A stretch of 56,876 bases of DNA from a virus (Duplodnaviria > Caudoviricetes). Under the pieces are notes generated by a model that made no database searches, was not told the DNA's origin, and was given only the letters and a program-made list of their open reading frames with translations. The position numbers and the translations under genes were made by a program. Shown one piece after another: positions 38,984 to 48,377 of this stretch (its first letter is position 1; the number at the start of each line of letters is the position of its first letter). The stretch is from positions 1 through 56,876 of IMG/VR virus record IMGVR_UViG_3300025890_002227; one strand, 5' to 3'.

Positions 38984-39529
38984 TTATAGATCGAGACTGT
39001 CTAAACTGCCAGTTACGGCTTTTGGTAATTTTTCGTCCTCTTTTGCTTTCTTTTCTTCAGCAATAGTTTTTGCTTTTGCCGCCGCTTTAGAAATTTTCTT
39101 CTCTAAAGCAGATTGCGTTTCTAAATCAGCATCTGTAGTTGTTTGGTCTAAAATACTTTGAGTATTTTTCTTCTTTGATGATGCTTTCTTTGGTGAACTG
39201 GATACTTCCGGACTTGGTGTTTCATCAACACTCATGGCAGCTGATACAGATTTAGGTGCCTTATCTTCTGGTGAAATTCTGTCTTCAGTGATATGTCCGA
39301 CTGTAGCGTTTTTAGCCACTGCGTTAGGATTAGCTGCATAGTAATCAGACACTGCGTCATTTTTACTTTTTACTACTTCGCCGTTAGGACCAATTTCGTC
39401 ACCTCTGGCATTAACTGGGTTATTGCCGACGGCAAGTGTTTGTTCATTCTTCATAACCATTGCGTCCATATCAATGACCTTACCGGCCGCTGTTCTATAT
39501 GTTTTTCTTGCTGTATTATCTCTAGCCAT
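38984..39529 (-). CDS. Hypothetical protein with low-complexity basic C-terminus
   Basis: YRTA.GK.IDM......NE...AVGN..VNARGDEIGPNG.VVK; AGGAG SD. Confidence 0.75.
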   Translation of the reverse strand: MARDNTARKTYRTAAGKVIDMDAMVMKNEQTLAVGNNPVNARGDEIGPNGEVVKSKNDAVSDYYAANPNAVAKNATVGHITEDRISPEDKAPKSVSAAMSVDETPSPEVSSSPKKASSKKKNTQSILDQTTTDADLETQSALEKKISKAAAKAKTIAEEKKAKEDEKLPKAVTGSLDSLDL

Positions 39530-39564
39530 TTTATACTCCTAAAATAATATGTATACATTACTAT

Positions 39565-40074
39565 TTATTTAAAAAACTCATCGGGGTCTAAATTATATTT
39601 TAAACTGTCTATCTTATGAACACCCAATAAGTATAAAACATGGCTTGCAACGCTAGATCCGCGTCCGACACCCCATACAATGCTATTTTTACGCATAGTG
39701 TCTACCATATATTTTAAAAAACGCAATGCATCAAAAAAGTCAATACGTTGGTATTCTAATAGTTCGTGTCCTACTCTCTGCAACTCTGTATCACTACTAC
39801 ACAAATCTAACAAATATTTCGCAATATCTAACTCTTTATATTCTTGCGGCATATGCCAGTTTTGCTGATATTGTTTGTCAAATTCTTCTACTGTAATATC
39901 AGGCTCTTTATATGCTATAAGTTTTTCGGCATCAATATACAAACTTTCAACTGCTTTGTTAAATTTCGTTACTTCTGTAATATTGATCTTAGTTAAGTCA
40001 ACATTGGGATTGTTGTAGAGAACCTCTACAACTTCTTTCTCGTCTAGAACGTAATCGCCGTACTTATTCATCAT
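39565..40074 (-). CDS. N-terminal fragment of a DNA polymerase III alpha (DnaE)-like protein
   Basis: RV..EL......F...L..MVD..RKN.IVWGVGRGSSVAS.VLYLLGVH.ID..KYNL DnaE signature; ends before PDIDxD. Confidence 0.85.
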   Translation of the reverse strand: MMNKYGDYVLDEKEVVEVLYNNPNVDLTKINITEVTKFNKAVESLYIDAEKLIAYKEPDITVEEFDKQYQQNWHMPQEYKELDIAKYLLDLCSSDTELQRVGHELLEYQRIDFFDALRFLKYMVDTMRKNSIVWGVGRGSSVASHVLYLLGVHKIDSLKYNLDPDEFFK

Positions 40075-40304
40075 TTTTTTACATCAATAAGATCGTCGTA
40101 CTTGTCTTTACCTTCATCAATTGCCGCTCTGTGTCGTCTGCTCATTTCTTCTTGGTATTCTTGTAATACTACTTGTATTTGATTAACGCTATTAAACATT
40201 CCCGCTGACGCCGCTTGCGACAGTTTTTTCTGTAAACTGTTTAGTTTTTCCATTAGGTCATCATCCGACAAGTCAGATACCTTTTCTATTAATGGATTGA
40301 ACAT
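40071..40304 (-). CDS. Small helical hypothetical protein
   Basis: MFNPL...SDLSD.DL.EK...L.KK; translationally coupled. Confidence 0.7.
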   Translation of the reverse strand: MFNPLIEKVSDLSDDDLMEKLNSLQKKLSQAASAGMFNSVNQIQVVLQEYQEEMSRRHRAAIDEGKDKYDDLIDVKK

Positions 40305-40305
40305 A

Positions 40306-40842
40306 TTAAACTCCTGTGTGCCCGAAGCCTCCCTGTCTATTTGTCTTTTGGCCTGGTGGGGTATCTATTTGCTGTAAACTCATATGAGAATCTTCATGAA
40401 ATTCTAACTGGGCAATTCTATCGCCCTGTTCTATTCTAAACTTTTCTCCGCTGACATTAATTAGCATAATAAAAGTTTCGTGATAGTAATCGCTGTCAAC
40501 AACACCTTCGCAATTTGCTACTGTAATTCCATTCTTTAATGCCAATCCACTGCGTGGATGTATGCGAATACTATAACCCTGTGGTATATCAAATATTAAA
40601 CCAGTTGGAATAAGGCATCTATGGTTTGGCTCGAGAATTATATTGTTTACAAATTTTGGTGAGCCTTTCCAAGCATGATGGGCGTCTAAGTCCACTGGTC
40701 TATTGTATTTGTCGAAACTTTTTACATATTGTTTGTGGAAACAAGCGTGAACGTCATAGCATGCCGCTTGGTCTGTTGCCCTAACTGGTTCGTGTGCATC
40801 GCTTGATATCTTAAAATAATCAACTATTAAATGTGCGCTCAT
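40306..40842 (-). CDS. dut: Trimeric dUTPase
   Basis: AACYDV, IPTGL, PRSGLA.K.GI...N..GVVDSDY, GDRIAQ, RQGGFGHTG. Confidence 0.96.
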   Translation of the reverse strand: MSAHLIVDYFKISSDAHEPVRATDQAACYDVHACFHKQYVKSFDKYNRPVDLDAHHAWKGSPKFVNNIILEPNHRCLIPTGLIFDIPQGYSIRIHPRSGLALKNGITVANCEGVVDSDYYHETFIMLINVSGEKFRIEQGDRIAQLEFHEDSHMSLQQIDTPPGQKTNRQGGFGHTGV

Positions 40843-41423
40843 AACTTACAATCCGTCCTTTCTTCGTTTAACTGCTTACTATATATATTCCTCCACTTCG
40901 CATAATATTGTTTATCTGAATACGGCATAGGCAGATAAGGAAACATCTGCTGTACTAATTTTTCTTCTAGTCTAGTTGCTTCATATTCAGCCCAAACAAC
41001 ACATCTTGTGCTAAGTAATCCATGCATTTCTTGAACATAGTGTATTGATTCATGGACTACTGTGCCTACTCCGTATGCAGTTTTTAGATCAAGTGTATCT
41101 CTAAAATAGAACGAGCCCCATGAATAAAATGCTTCGGTGTCCACTGATGCTTCACATCCTGAAAACAATTCATTTTGGTTAACTGCATCTGTAAACACGC
41201 GACAAAATAATTTTCGGTATTGCGAATCATTCAATATGTGTACTTTTATTTTAAGATCTCGTATTTTAGGATATTGAGAATATACATTATTAACTTCTAA
41301 TGTCTTTATTACTTCAAGTATAATATTATGAACTTCTGCTCGTGTGGATTCTAATTCACTGTCGCTCAAAGCGAATGAGTTAGATGTCACTAGTAGTAGC
41401 AGAATAAGAATATACTTCTTCAT
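40839..41423 (-). CDS. Secreted zincin-like protein (HExxH)
   Basis: Signal peptide ending SFA; VVHESIHYVQ and downstream E.EA. Confidence 0.7.
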   Translation of the reverse strand: MKKYILILLLLVTSNSFALSDSELESTRAEVHNIILEVIKTLEVNNVYSQYPKIRDLKIKVHILNDSQYRKLFCRVFTDAVNQNELFSGCEASVDTEAFYSWGSFYFRDTLDLKTAYGVGTVVHESIHYVQEMHGLLSTRCVVWAEYEATRLEEKLVQQMFPYLPMPYSDKQYYAKWRNIYSKQLNEERTDCKL

Positions 41424-41429
41424 ACTATT

Positions 41430-41485
41430 AGTATAGCGTATTTTGACTTTAAAGTCAAAGATATTGTTACGCTAAGTGCTTGATT
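41430..41485 (-). promoter_or_regulatory. IHF-consensus site plus sigma70 promoter (copy 2), leaderless
   Basis: AATCAAgcacTTA (41485-41473); 14 nt to TTGACT (41458-41453); 17 nt to TATACT (41435-41430); ATG 6 nt later; palindrome tttgactttaaagtcaaa over the -35 box. Confidence 0.75.
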
Positions 41486-41497
41486 TTAAACGCTAAA

Positions 41498-43093
41498 TTA
41501 GTTTAGATAATAAGGAATCTTAACAGTAGTGCCGTTCAAATCAACTATCAAATAACCTTCAGGTGTTGCTGGTAAAGCAGACCCGGCGCCAACGTTGGCA
41601 GCTGTTGCTAAGTTACCCGCATCTAAAGTTAGTATTAAACCACCCGTGCCGTTAGGAGCAATTTCTAATGCTTCGTTAGTGCCTGTTGTAATAGTAGCAT
41701 CTGCTCCGTCACCTGCAAACTGGACAGCACCTGTGCCATTTGGCTCTAAAACAATGTTTTGGTTTGTTCCGCTTGTTTTAATTGTGCCATTACTGGAACT
41801 TGACATCTCAATGTCAGCATCAAAAACAATATCGCCTGCGTTTGAGTCTAATTTTAAATCACCTGCGGCTGTTGTAATTGTAGGCGTTGTGCCACCAATT
41901 AATACTGTGCCTGTGCCATCTGGTGCAATTGTAACACTTGCGTTTGATGCAGCTGGTGTTTGGATTGTTGGTGTACCGCCTGTGCTTAATTCTAATGTGT
42001 CTGATTGTAGTGAAGTTAATCCTGTTACAGTAGCATCTAAATTAAATGTAATTGTATCACTAGCACTTGATGCTGTAGTAATGTTTGTTCCGCCAGTTAG
42101 GGTTAAAGTATCACCGTTAATAATTGTTTCACTTGTGCCACCGTCTGCAGATAAAGGAATGTTAGCAATCGTTCCACCTGACACTGTTAAGTCAACATAT
42201 TCTTTTGACGCTAGTGAGTTTGTTCCGAATCCTGCTCTGTCTTTATATCCAGCTGGAACATTAACAACACCTGTACCATTTGGTGAAATTGTTAATGATT
42301 GGTTTGTTGCCGCTGTGTTAATAATTGCTGTAGTACCTGCAACAGATACTTCACCAGTGCCGTTAGGTGAAAGGATAATATTGCCGTTCGTGTCTGTTGA
42401 TGAAACTGTATTCCCATCAAGTTGCAAGTTATCTGTTTTTACAGTACCTGTGCCGTCCGGTGATAAAACAATGTCACCGTTAGTATTATACGCACTAATA
42501 GTGTTGCCATTAATCTGCAAGTTTCCTAGTGCTGTATCGCTTTGTGTTAAATCCTCAACTAGGATTACAAGACCTCCGTCAATAGTACTGAAGTCATAAG
42601 CATATGTTCCAGTTGTTGAGAATGTAATTACATTGGATGACATACCCTGGACAGTCTCGTTACCCAATGTAACTTCTGCTGGCAATGTTAACGTATGCGC
42701 TACGTTTGTAATGGTAACAATAAACCTTACTCTACCGCCTTTTCCACTTGCCGGTAAGTTTGTAAATGATAACGTGCTAGACGCATTTAGCGTTGCTGAA
42801 TGGATTATACCAGTGGCACTGTCTAGCGCAACTGCTCCACCAACCGTACCCAGTGCGTTTACTGAGTCTGCATTGTTTTTCATTATTGCTTTACTAATAA
42901 TACCAGTAAAGTTAAAGTCGTTTTCAGCAGTTAAACTAACTGAGGTTGTTTGTAATGCCTCAATTTCACTCTTTGCTGATGTAAAATTTGTTTTAATATT
43001 CGTAAAATTATCACGGAATCCTTGGCTGTCATTATCTTGACCAGCTACTGGATATGTTCCGTCAATATTGTTTGGGTTTATTGAACTTGCCAT
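41498..43093 (-). CDS. Tail/baseplate-associated fibre protein
   Basis: N-terminal IDGTYPVAGQDNDSQGFRDNF motif; repeated NI.LSPNGTG.V units; C-terminal P.GYL.V..NG...KIPYY. Confidence 0.8.
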   Translation of the reverse strand: MASSINPNNIDGTYPVAGQDNDSQGFRDNFTNIKTNFTSAKSEIEALQTTSVSLTAENDFNFTGIISKAIMKNNADSVNALGTVGGAVALDSATGIIHSATLNASSTLSFTNLPASGKGGRVRFIVTITNVAHTLTLPAEVTLGNETVQGMSSNVITFSTTGTYAYDFSTIDGGLVILVEDLTQSDTALGNLQINGNTISAYNTNGDIVLSPDGTGTVKTDNLQLDGNTVSSTDTNGNIILSPNGTGEVSVAGTTAIINTAATNQSLTISPNGTGVVNVPAGYKDRAGFGTNSLASKEYVDLTVSGGTIANIPLSADGGTSETIINGDTLTLTGGTNITTASSASDTITFNLDATVTGLTSLQSDTLELSTGGTPTIQTPAASNASVTIAPDGTGTVLIGGTTPTITTAAGDLKLDSNAGDIVFDADIEMSSSSNGTIKTSGTNQNIVLEPNGTGAVQFAGDGADATITTGTNEALEIAPNGTGGLILTLDAGNLATAANVGAGSALPATPEGYLIVDLNGTTVKIPYYLN

Positions 43094-43095
43094 TT

Positions 43096-44820
43096 TTATT
43101 CATACACTCCTGTCTGCGGGAATTTTATGTATTTATCCTTTTCGCCCACTTTATGATATGTTTGCGGGGCGTATTCTTTAAATATCACATAATACTTATC
43201 GTTATTTAGTGGTACGAAGTCAAAGGTTATACTCTTAAACTGTGCCACATAGTCCTTTACTTGGGTTAATCTTCCAGTAGTACCAACATTTGTACTATCA
43301 CCAAATATTGCTAATTCATCTGATCTGTCAATATAGTAATTTAGATTAAATGTACTTGTTACACCGTCACCCGTTATTGTCTGCGTTACATCCATAAACT
43401 TCATATCATCGCTATCAAATGTAGTTGTGTCTGTATTCCACGTAGTATAAACTCGAGTAGAATACGTATCAGCGTCTATATTATATGACAATGACAAATC
43501 TTTGTCCCACTCATATCTGTCAACCTGAAATAAGAAATTGTTCGGATTAAAGTTAGAACGCTTAATTAAAAATTTAATTCTTTCTGCTTCTCCTGGTTTA
43601 ACATATGCTAATGGAACTACAGTTTGATACTGCAAAATAGATCCGTCTTTTTGTTCAGTAGACATCCAACTTGGAAGAGATTTTGCTTCACTTACTACTT
43701 CGCCAATTCCAGCAAGTAATCTATCACGCATGTTTTTAAAACTGTTAGGGTATACATCATATGCTGGATCCCATTCTGTCATATCCACAGAATAATCTGC
43801 AATACCAGGCCCGTCGTCTAAACTTGCTCTAATACGCCCACTTGATGCATATATAGGTGCAAAATCAAAACTAGTTCCACTTAAATTAATTAAAGTTTCT
43901 TCTGATGCAGATAATTCCTGTACTTCATAATAAATTACCTCATATTCTTCTTTTCCATCAACGTATGAACGGGCACTCTTTAGTTCCCCAAATCGTAAAA
44001 CTTTAGTATAATGGTACTCTTCCATCTGAGTCAGATAATCTTTTAAGTACTTTGGATTAAGGCCTGATTTAACTAATATTCTTATATCACGCTGTAATCC
44101 AAAACGCTCGTCGTTTTTTCTATACAAAGCATCTTGATCAAAAATGTTGAAGTCAGAGGTGAAATCCTGCCACTCTGCTCTATCTTTAAAACTTGGTAAC
44201 GCTATACAATACACATCTTGCCATGGTTTTGCCTTTAACGCAGAAACAGTAACGCTGTAATTTTGCGTATCACTAATACCAAAGCCGCCGAAGATATTTG
44301 CTTCTCCAATCGCACCCGAACCACCACCTCCAGTAAATGTAATTGTAGGTTGGTGTGTGAATCCTTCTCCTTCATTTGTGATAGTCACTGAACTTACAGC
44401 ATCACCAGTTAAAGTGCATGTTGCAGTTGCCTGTATACCACCACCTCCGGTTATTGTAACGTCAGGAGCAGAAGTATATCCTGAACCACCTTCGATCATT
44501 GATATTGAAGAAAGTGGGCCTATAGCACTGTATGCTTCTGCTGTAAAAGTAAAACTACTATCCCAAGTAGTAACAGTTTCTAGTTTACTATCGGTTACTG
44601 TAAATGTAGTAGTTCCTTTATCAAATGATGTTGTATTACGAAAAGTAGTTCTTCCAACGATTGCACCGTCTTGTTGTAATTTTAAACCTTGCGGTAATTC
44701 CCCTGCATCAATAGAACGCTTTAGTCTAATGAATAAGTTGTCGCCTCCAGGAGAAACTGCATCAATTTTTAATTTGCTAGGCTTTCCTGATATAATTGTT
44801 CCTAAATTTATACTACTCAT
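43096..44820 (-). CDS. Baseplate wedge-like structural protein
   Basis: GGSGYTSAP.VTITGGGG repeats, YPNS..NMR, LPSWM..Q.DG..L.Y...VPLAY.KPG, F.VDRY, DKYIKFP. Confidence 0.75.
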   Translation of the reverse strand: MSSINLGTIISGKPSKLKIDAVSPGGDNLFIRLKRSIDAGELPQGLKLQQDGAIVGRTTFRNTTSFDKGTTTFTVTDSKLETVTTWDSSFTFTAEAYSAIGPLSSISMIEGGSGYTSAPDVTITGGGGIQATATCTLTGDAVSSVTITNEGEGFTHQPTITFTGGGGSGAIGEANIFGGFGISDTQNYSVTVSALKAKPWQDVYCIALPSFKDRAEWQDFTSDFNIFDQDALYRKNDERFGLQRDIRILVKSGLNPKYLKDYLTQMEEYHYTKVLRFGELKSARSYVDGKEEYEVIYYEVQELSASEETLINLSGTSFDFAPIYASSGRIRASLDDGPGIADYSVDMTEWDPAYDVYPNSFKNMRDRLLAGIGEVVSEAKSLPSWMSTEQKDGSILQYQTVVPLAYVKPGEAERIKFLIKRSNFNPNNFLFQVDRYEWDKDLSLSYNIDADTYSTRVYTTWNTDTTTFDSDDMKFMDVTQTITGDGVTSTFNLNYYIDRSDELAIFGDSTNVGTTGRLTQVKDYVAQFKSITFDFVPLNNDKYYVIFKEYAPQTYHKVGEKDKYIKFPQTGVYE

Positions 44821-45902
44821 GACCAAATTACCTCAGTTTTGGAATCACCCTCGATACTCAAAGTATATTCTATATAAGGTCCATAAATTGTAATTGCTTT
44901 AGGAGGACTATAATCATTGTCAGTAAAGGTGTTCAATGGACGAACTGAAAATGTATAATTTATTTCAGTTGCAGTTTGGGATGGTATAGTTCCGTATATA
45001 AGACATGATCCTTTGCTGTCAGTTGCATCTGCATCATATGCCCCATCAAATGTAAGCATCGAAGGAAAATTACCAGTTTTTTCAAATGAAATGGAAGGTA
45101 AATCTTCCATTACTTCTCCTTCTAACTTTTCAATATAATAATTATCATGTTTATAGGATCCAATAGTATTAGCAAGAGAAGACATCCACGGTCTAGCAAA
45201 CTTATATACATCTGCTAACCACATATTATTGGTAGAGTCACATGTAATATTACTTCCGAGATCATCTTCTTGTGTATCTGCGGAACCGCCTATCAATGCA
45301 TGTACTATAATGTTAAACTGCCGTGTTATGGTGTATACTCCGTCAGTTACCGTAACAGTAAACACATAATCAGTAGTTTTTGAAATTTTTGTAATGCGTC
45401 CTGTTAATGCACCGGTTGAACTATTTAGAACTAATCCAGGGGGCAGTAATCCGTCTGTTACTGTGTATGTTAAGTCATCCTCATCAGAGTCAGTAGCCGA
45501 AACACTAGTGTTTATTTCTTCACCATCGTGAGTATCTAATAGTTTACCTTCTGCGGTCGCCCAGACTGGCGAGTCTGGACCTGCAACTGTTAAAGTAAAA
45601 GTTCTGTCCGCTATTAAACTTTCTGCATCTGTTATTCTAATAACAAATTTACTAGTAATATTTTCACTAACTTCGTATGGAATACCTTTTACCTTACTGC
45701 GTTGTGTAGGAATTCCGTCAATTAATCCTGTAGCTGCCATAGCAATGCCACCAGGAAGTTTTCCGGCTAACAATGAAAATGTTAAGCCAGTGTTGTTACT
45801 TACTTCTTCAGGATCTCTGCCTACTAATTGTAGATTATAAAACTCTTGTTCTTGAATTGTGCCTAGGCTGCCTGCATCAGTTACCCAATATGGTGCGGCC
45901 AT
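44817..45902 (-). CDS. Putative Ig-domain (cadherin/He_PIG-like) virion protein
   Basis: P.W.T.AGSLG repeats, GKLPGG/GLLPPGL.L...G...G, FTVTVTDG. Confidence 0.8.
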   Translation of the reverse strand: MAAPYWVTDAGSLGTIQEQEFYNLQLVGRDPEEVSNNTGLTFSLLAGKLPGGIAMAATGLIDGIPTQRSKVKGIPYEVSENITSKFVIRITDAESLIADRTFTLTVAGPDSPVWATAEGKLLDTHDGEEINTSVSATDSDEDDLTYTVTDGLLPPGLVLNSSTGALTGRITKISKTTDYVFTVTVTDGVYTITRQFNIIVHALIGGSADTQEDDLGSNITCDSTNNMWLADVYKFARPWMSSLANTIGSYKHDNYYIEKLEGEVMEDLPSISFEKTGNFPSMLTFDGAYDADATDSKGSCLIYGTIPSQTATEINYTFSVRPLNTFTDNDYSPPKAITIYGPYIEYTLSIEGDSKTEVIWS

Positions 45903-45910
45903 TAATTATT

Positions 45911-46165
45911 TTACCAAGTTGCTATTGCTACTCGGCGCCAAATTGCTGTTGAACCGTCATACGCCGCTGTGCAAATATAAAAATAACTTGCGTCGTATGC
46001 AATTTTGCCTGCAAAATCTCCTGCGGCGCCTGTTGCAGCTACTGGTGCTGAATGAGTCATATATAACTCATCAAAGTTATCATTTACTTTGTCAAATGCT
46101 GTACGTAGTGGGTCACCTGTACCATCATTCGCTGTTGACCCGATGTTAATTGCTTGTTTAGCCAT
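45911..46165 (-). CDS. Short baseplate/fibre-attachment protein
   Basis: MAKQ.INIG..ANDGTGDPLR.AF.KVN.NF.ELY (T4 gp9/gp10-like N-terminal motif) plus YFYICT.....WRRVA. Confidence 0.75.
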   Translation of the reverse strand: MAKQAINIGSTANDGTGDPLRTAFDKVNDNFDELYMTHSAPVAATGAAGDFAGKIAYDASYFYICTAAYDGSTAIWRRVAIATW

Positions 46166-46215
46166 TATTCTGTCGTCTCCAAAACTAAAATATATCTACT
46201 AGTATTTAGTCTATT

Positions 46216-47769
46216 TTAGTAAGTTCGCCAAGTGGAGCCAGTATACATAACGCCGAATGATTCGCCGTCTGTTATTTTGGCTAAGTTACTTGCGGAGCCG
46301 TTAATAGTGTTTCCGTTACGATCCACAGTAAACGTGTTTGAAGAGAACGCACCACCTGCGTCCATAAAATATATTGCTTCGCCAGTTGCTGGTGATCCAG
46401 GTAGTGTTGCTATAACAGTGTTACCGCTAGTGTCTACGCCGTATCGCCCTGTTGATGAAGCATTGAAATCAGCTGATCTAATTAAAAATCCTTGCTCACC
46501 ACTTCCTAATGCTCTAACTCCAATTCTAGCACCATTGGGAGGAGGAGAAGTAAATGTGATGCTTGAACCTGATATACTATATGCTGTGGTTGGTTCTTGC
46601 ACAATACCGTTGACTGTAACAATTGCAGTTATAGTTGTTGGTGCTACAGTACTCATAGTAAAGATTGTATCAACACCATTTGCACCAGTAATAGTTTCTT
46701 GCCCAACAGCAATAATAGGGTCTAATGATGCTGAAACTATCCAATTGCCAGCACCAGTACTGTATCTTAAAGAAGAATTGTTTGCAACACCAGTTGTATC
46801 AACATTGTTTAGATCGCCAATATTAGTTGCGGCAATTCTTGTGTTTACTCTAGCATCAGTGTAATACATTGTACCACTTGATACTGTTGCCGCTGGATCT
46901 TCTGTTACATCAGCGGTTGATTTAGTTGCCAATCTTGTATCAAAGTCTGTATTATGTCTTGTTGTAGTATAATAAAGATTACTTACTCCTTCTGAAACGC
47001 CATCAGTATCGCCTGTAAATATCGACGCAGTTCCCATATCAACATATGTAGCACCATCGTTTGTAAACTGCCATTTGTCTGTTGTTTCATTCCACAGCAA
47101 TTGAACATTTGTACTAGTTCCACGCTCAACTTCAATACCACTGTCTAAACTTGGTGTTCCTGCTTCGTCTGCATTTAGCACTATAATGTTATCGCCAATT
47201 GTAACTGTGTTTGATTCGACTGTAACAGTTGCGCCTTGTACTATTAGGTTACCGCCAATGGTAATATCACCAGCCAATGCATTAGAGATTCGAGCATCTG
47301 CTCGAGCATCTGTAAAATATAAGTTAGTACCTTCGGCTAAGTTAGTTGTTGTCTTAGTTGCAAGTCTTGTGTCAAATGCTGTGTTTGCTCTAGCATCGGT
47401 GTAGTATAAGTTTCCACCTTCGCCAATGTCATCAGTTGTAACACTAGTATTGGCCCACGCCGCACCGTTCCATCGTAACAATTGTCCTGTAGGAGTCGCG
47501 CCTGCGATAGTAACATCAGTTAAATCATTTAGTGCGCTCGCCGCAACAGTGGAAGATGCTTCCCAGTTGCCTGTGCTAGAGTTATATACAAGTGTGTTTC
47601 CATTAGCCACACCGGTTGTGTCAACGTTTCCAAGTTGGCTAAGGTCAGTCTCGTATAGTGCTTCAACTGCCTCATTTAACTTTCCGAACGAATCTCTAAG
47701 AGTATCACCTGTGCCATCGTTAGCAAGAACGCCTCTATTTACGATATATTGTGAAGGGGTATGTGCCAT
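46216..47769 (-). CDS. Tail fibre protein
   Basis: ANDGTGDTLR N-terminus; EG.NLY(Y/F)T.AR repeats; GIEVERG..NV.L.WNE; C-terminal VDTS......LP.SP..G..I...D. Confidence 0.8.
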   Translation of the reverse strand: MAHTPSQYIVNRGVLANDGTGDTLRDSFGKLNEAVEALYETDLSQLGNVDTTGVANGNTLVYNSSTGNWEASSTVAASALNDLTDVTIAGATPTGQLLRWNGAAWANTSVTTDDIGEGGNLYYTDARANTAFDTRLATKTTTNLAEGTNLYFTDARADARISNALAGDITIGGNLIVQGATVTVESNTVTIGDNIIVLNADEAGTPSLDSGIEVERGTSTNVQLLWNETTDKWQFTNDGATYVDMGTASIFTGDTDGVSEGVSNLYYTTTRHNTDFDTRLATKSTADVTEDPAATVSSGTMYYTDARVNTRIAATNIGDLNNVDTTGVANNSSLRYSTGAGNWIVSASLDPIIAVGQETITGANGVDTIFTMSTVAPTTITAIVTVNGIVQEPTTAYSISGSSITFTSPPPNGARIGVRALGSGEQGFLIRSADFNASSTGRYGVDTSGNTVIATLPGSPATGEAIYFMDAGGAFSSNTFTVDRNGNTINGSASNLAKITDGESFGVMYTGSTWRTY

Positions 47770-47810
47770 ATACTAAATCCTGTTTCTAGTATTTATACAT
47801 TATTTTAAAT

Positions 47811-48377
47811 CTACTCTGTATTGATGTTGTCCATTAACCACATGTAAATTGGGGTTCTAAAGTTAAGAGTAAAAACACAACCGCCAACGTTAATCATTTT
47901 TTGTTCCATAGAACTCTTCCAGTGGCAATGCCCGTTAACAATTGAGATTTCATGTAACATATTAACTTTTCTAAGATATGCGATAAATCCATCACTTTTA
48001 AACTCTGATTCAGGGCATATATTTGCGGTTAATTCACTAATATAGGGTAATATATATTCCAAAGAGACACGGCCGAGTTCTATATCCTTAATAAAGAAGC
48101 CATTATCATAAATTTCTTCATTACGTTTTGATTCCAATAATATTTCTAAAGTATGATGCTCATCAATATCATCATTTATTTCTATCATATACTCTTTAAC
48201 TGAAACTTTTCTTCCTTCTTGCCAATCAAAGGTTACGTTACTGGGATTATCCAACTCAGTGTTTTCTGATAATGTGTTGCCGTCAAATATCGTAGTGCAT
48301 CTAGGCAACGGAGCCTTGCCATCTAATTCATCTACTAGATGATAGTAGATTGTTAACGGTACTATCTCTTTGGACAT
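47811..48377 (-). CDS. Hypothetical protein, paralog of 5321-5914
   Basis: Direct alignment to 5321-5914 along the full length. Confidence 0.8.
   Translation of the reverse strand: MSKEIVPLTIYYHLVDELDGKAPLPRCTTIFDGNTLSENTELDNPSNVTFDWQEGRKVSVKEYMIEINDDIDEHHTLEILLESKRNEEIYDNGFFIKDIELGRVSLEYILPYISELTANICPESEFKSDGFIAYLRKVNMLHEISIVNGHCHWKSSMEQKMINVGGCVFTLNFRTPIYMWLMDNINTE

Noticed and set aside
39565-40074. Split intein in dnaE, as in cyanobacteria
   Set aside because: No intein N-terminal (CL/CF...) block follows the DnaE sequence; the ORF simply ends
41595-42599. Long plus-strand ORFs (also 19940-20713, 46232-46864, 15022-15501 and others)
   Set aside because: Antisense shadows of Thr/Gly-rich or conserved minus-strand genes; no SD, promoter or protein motifs
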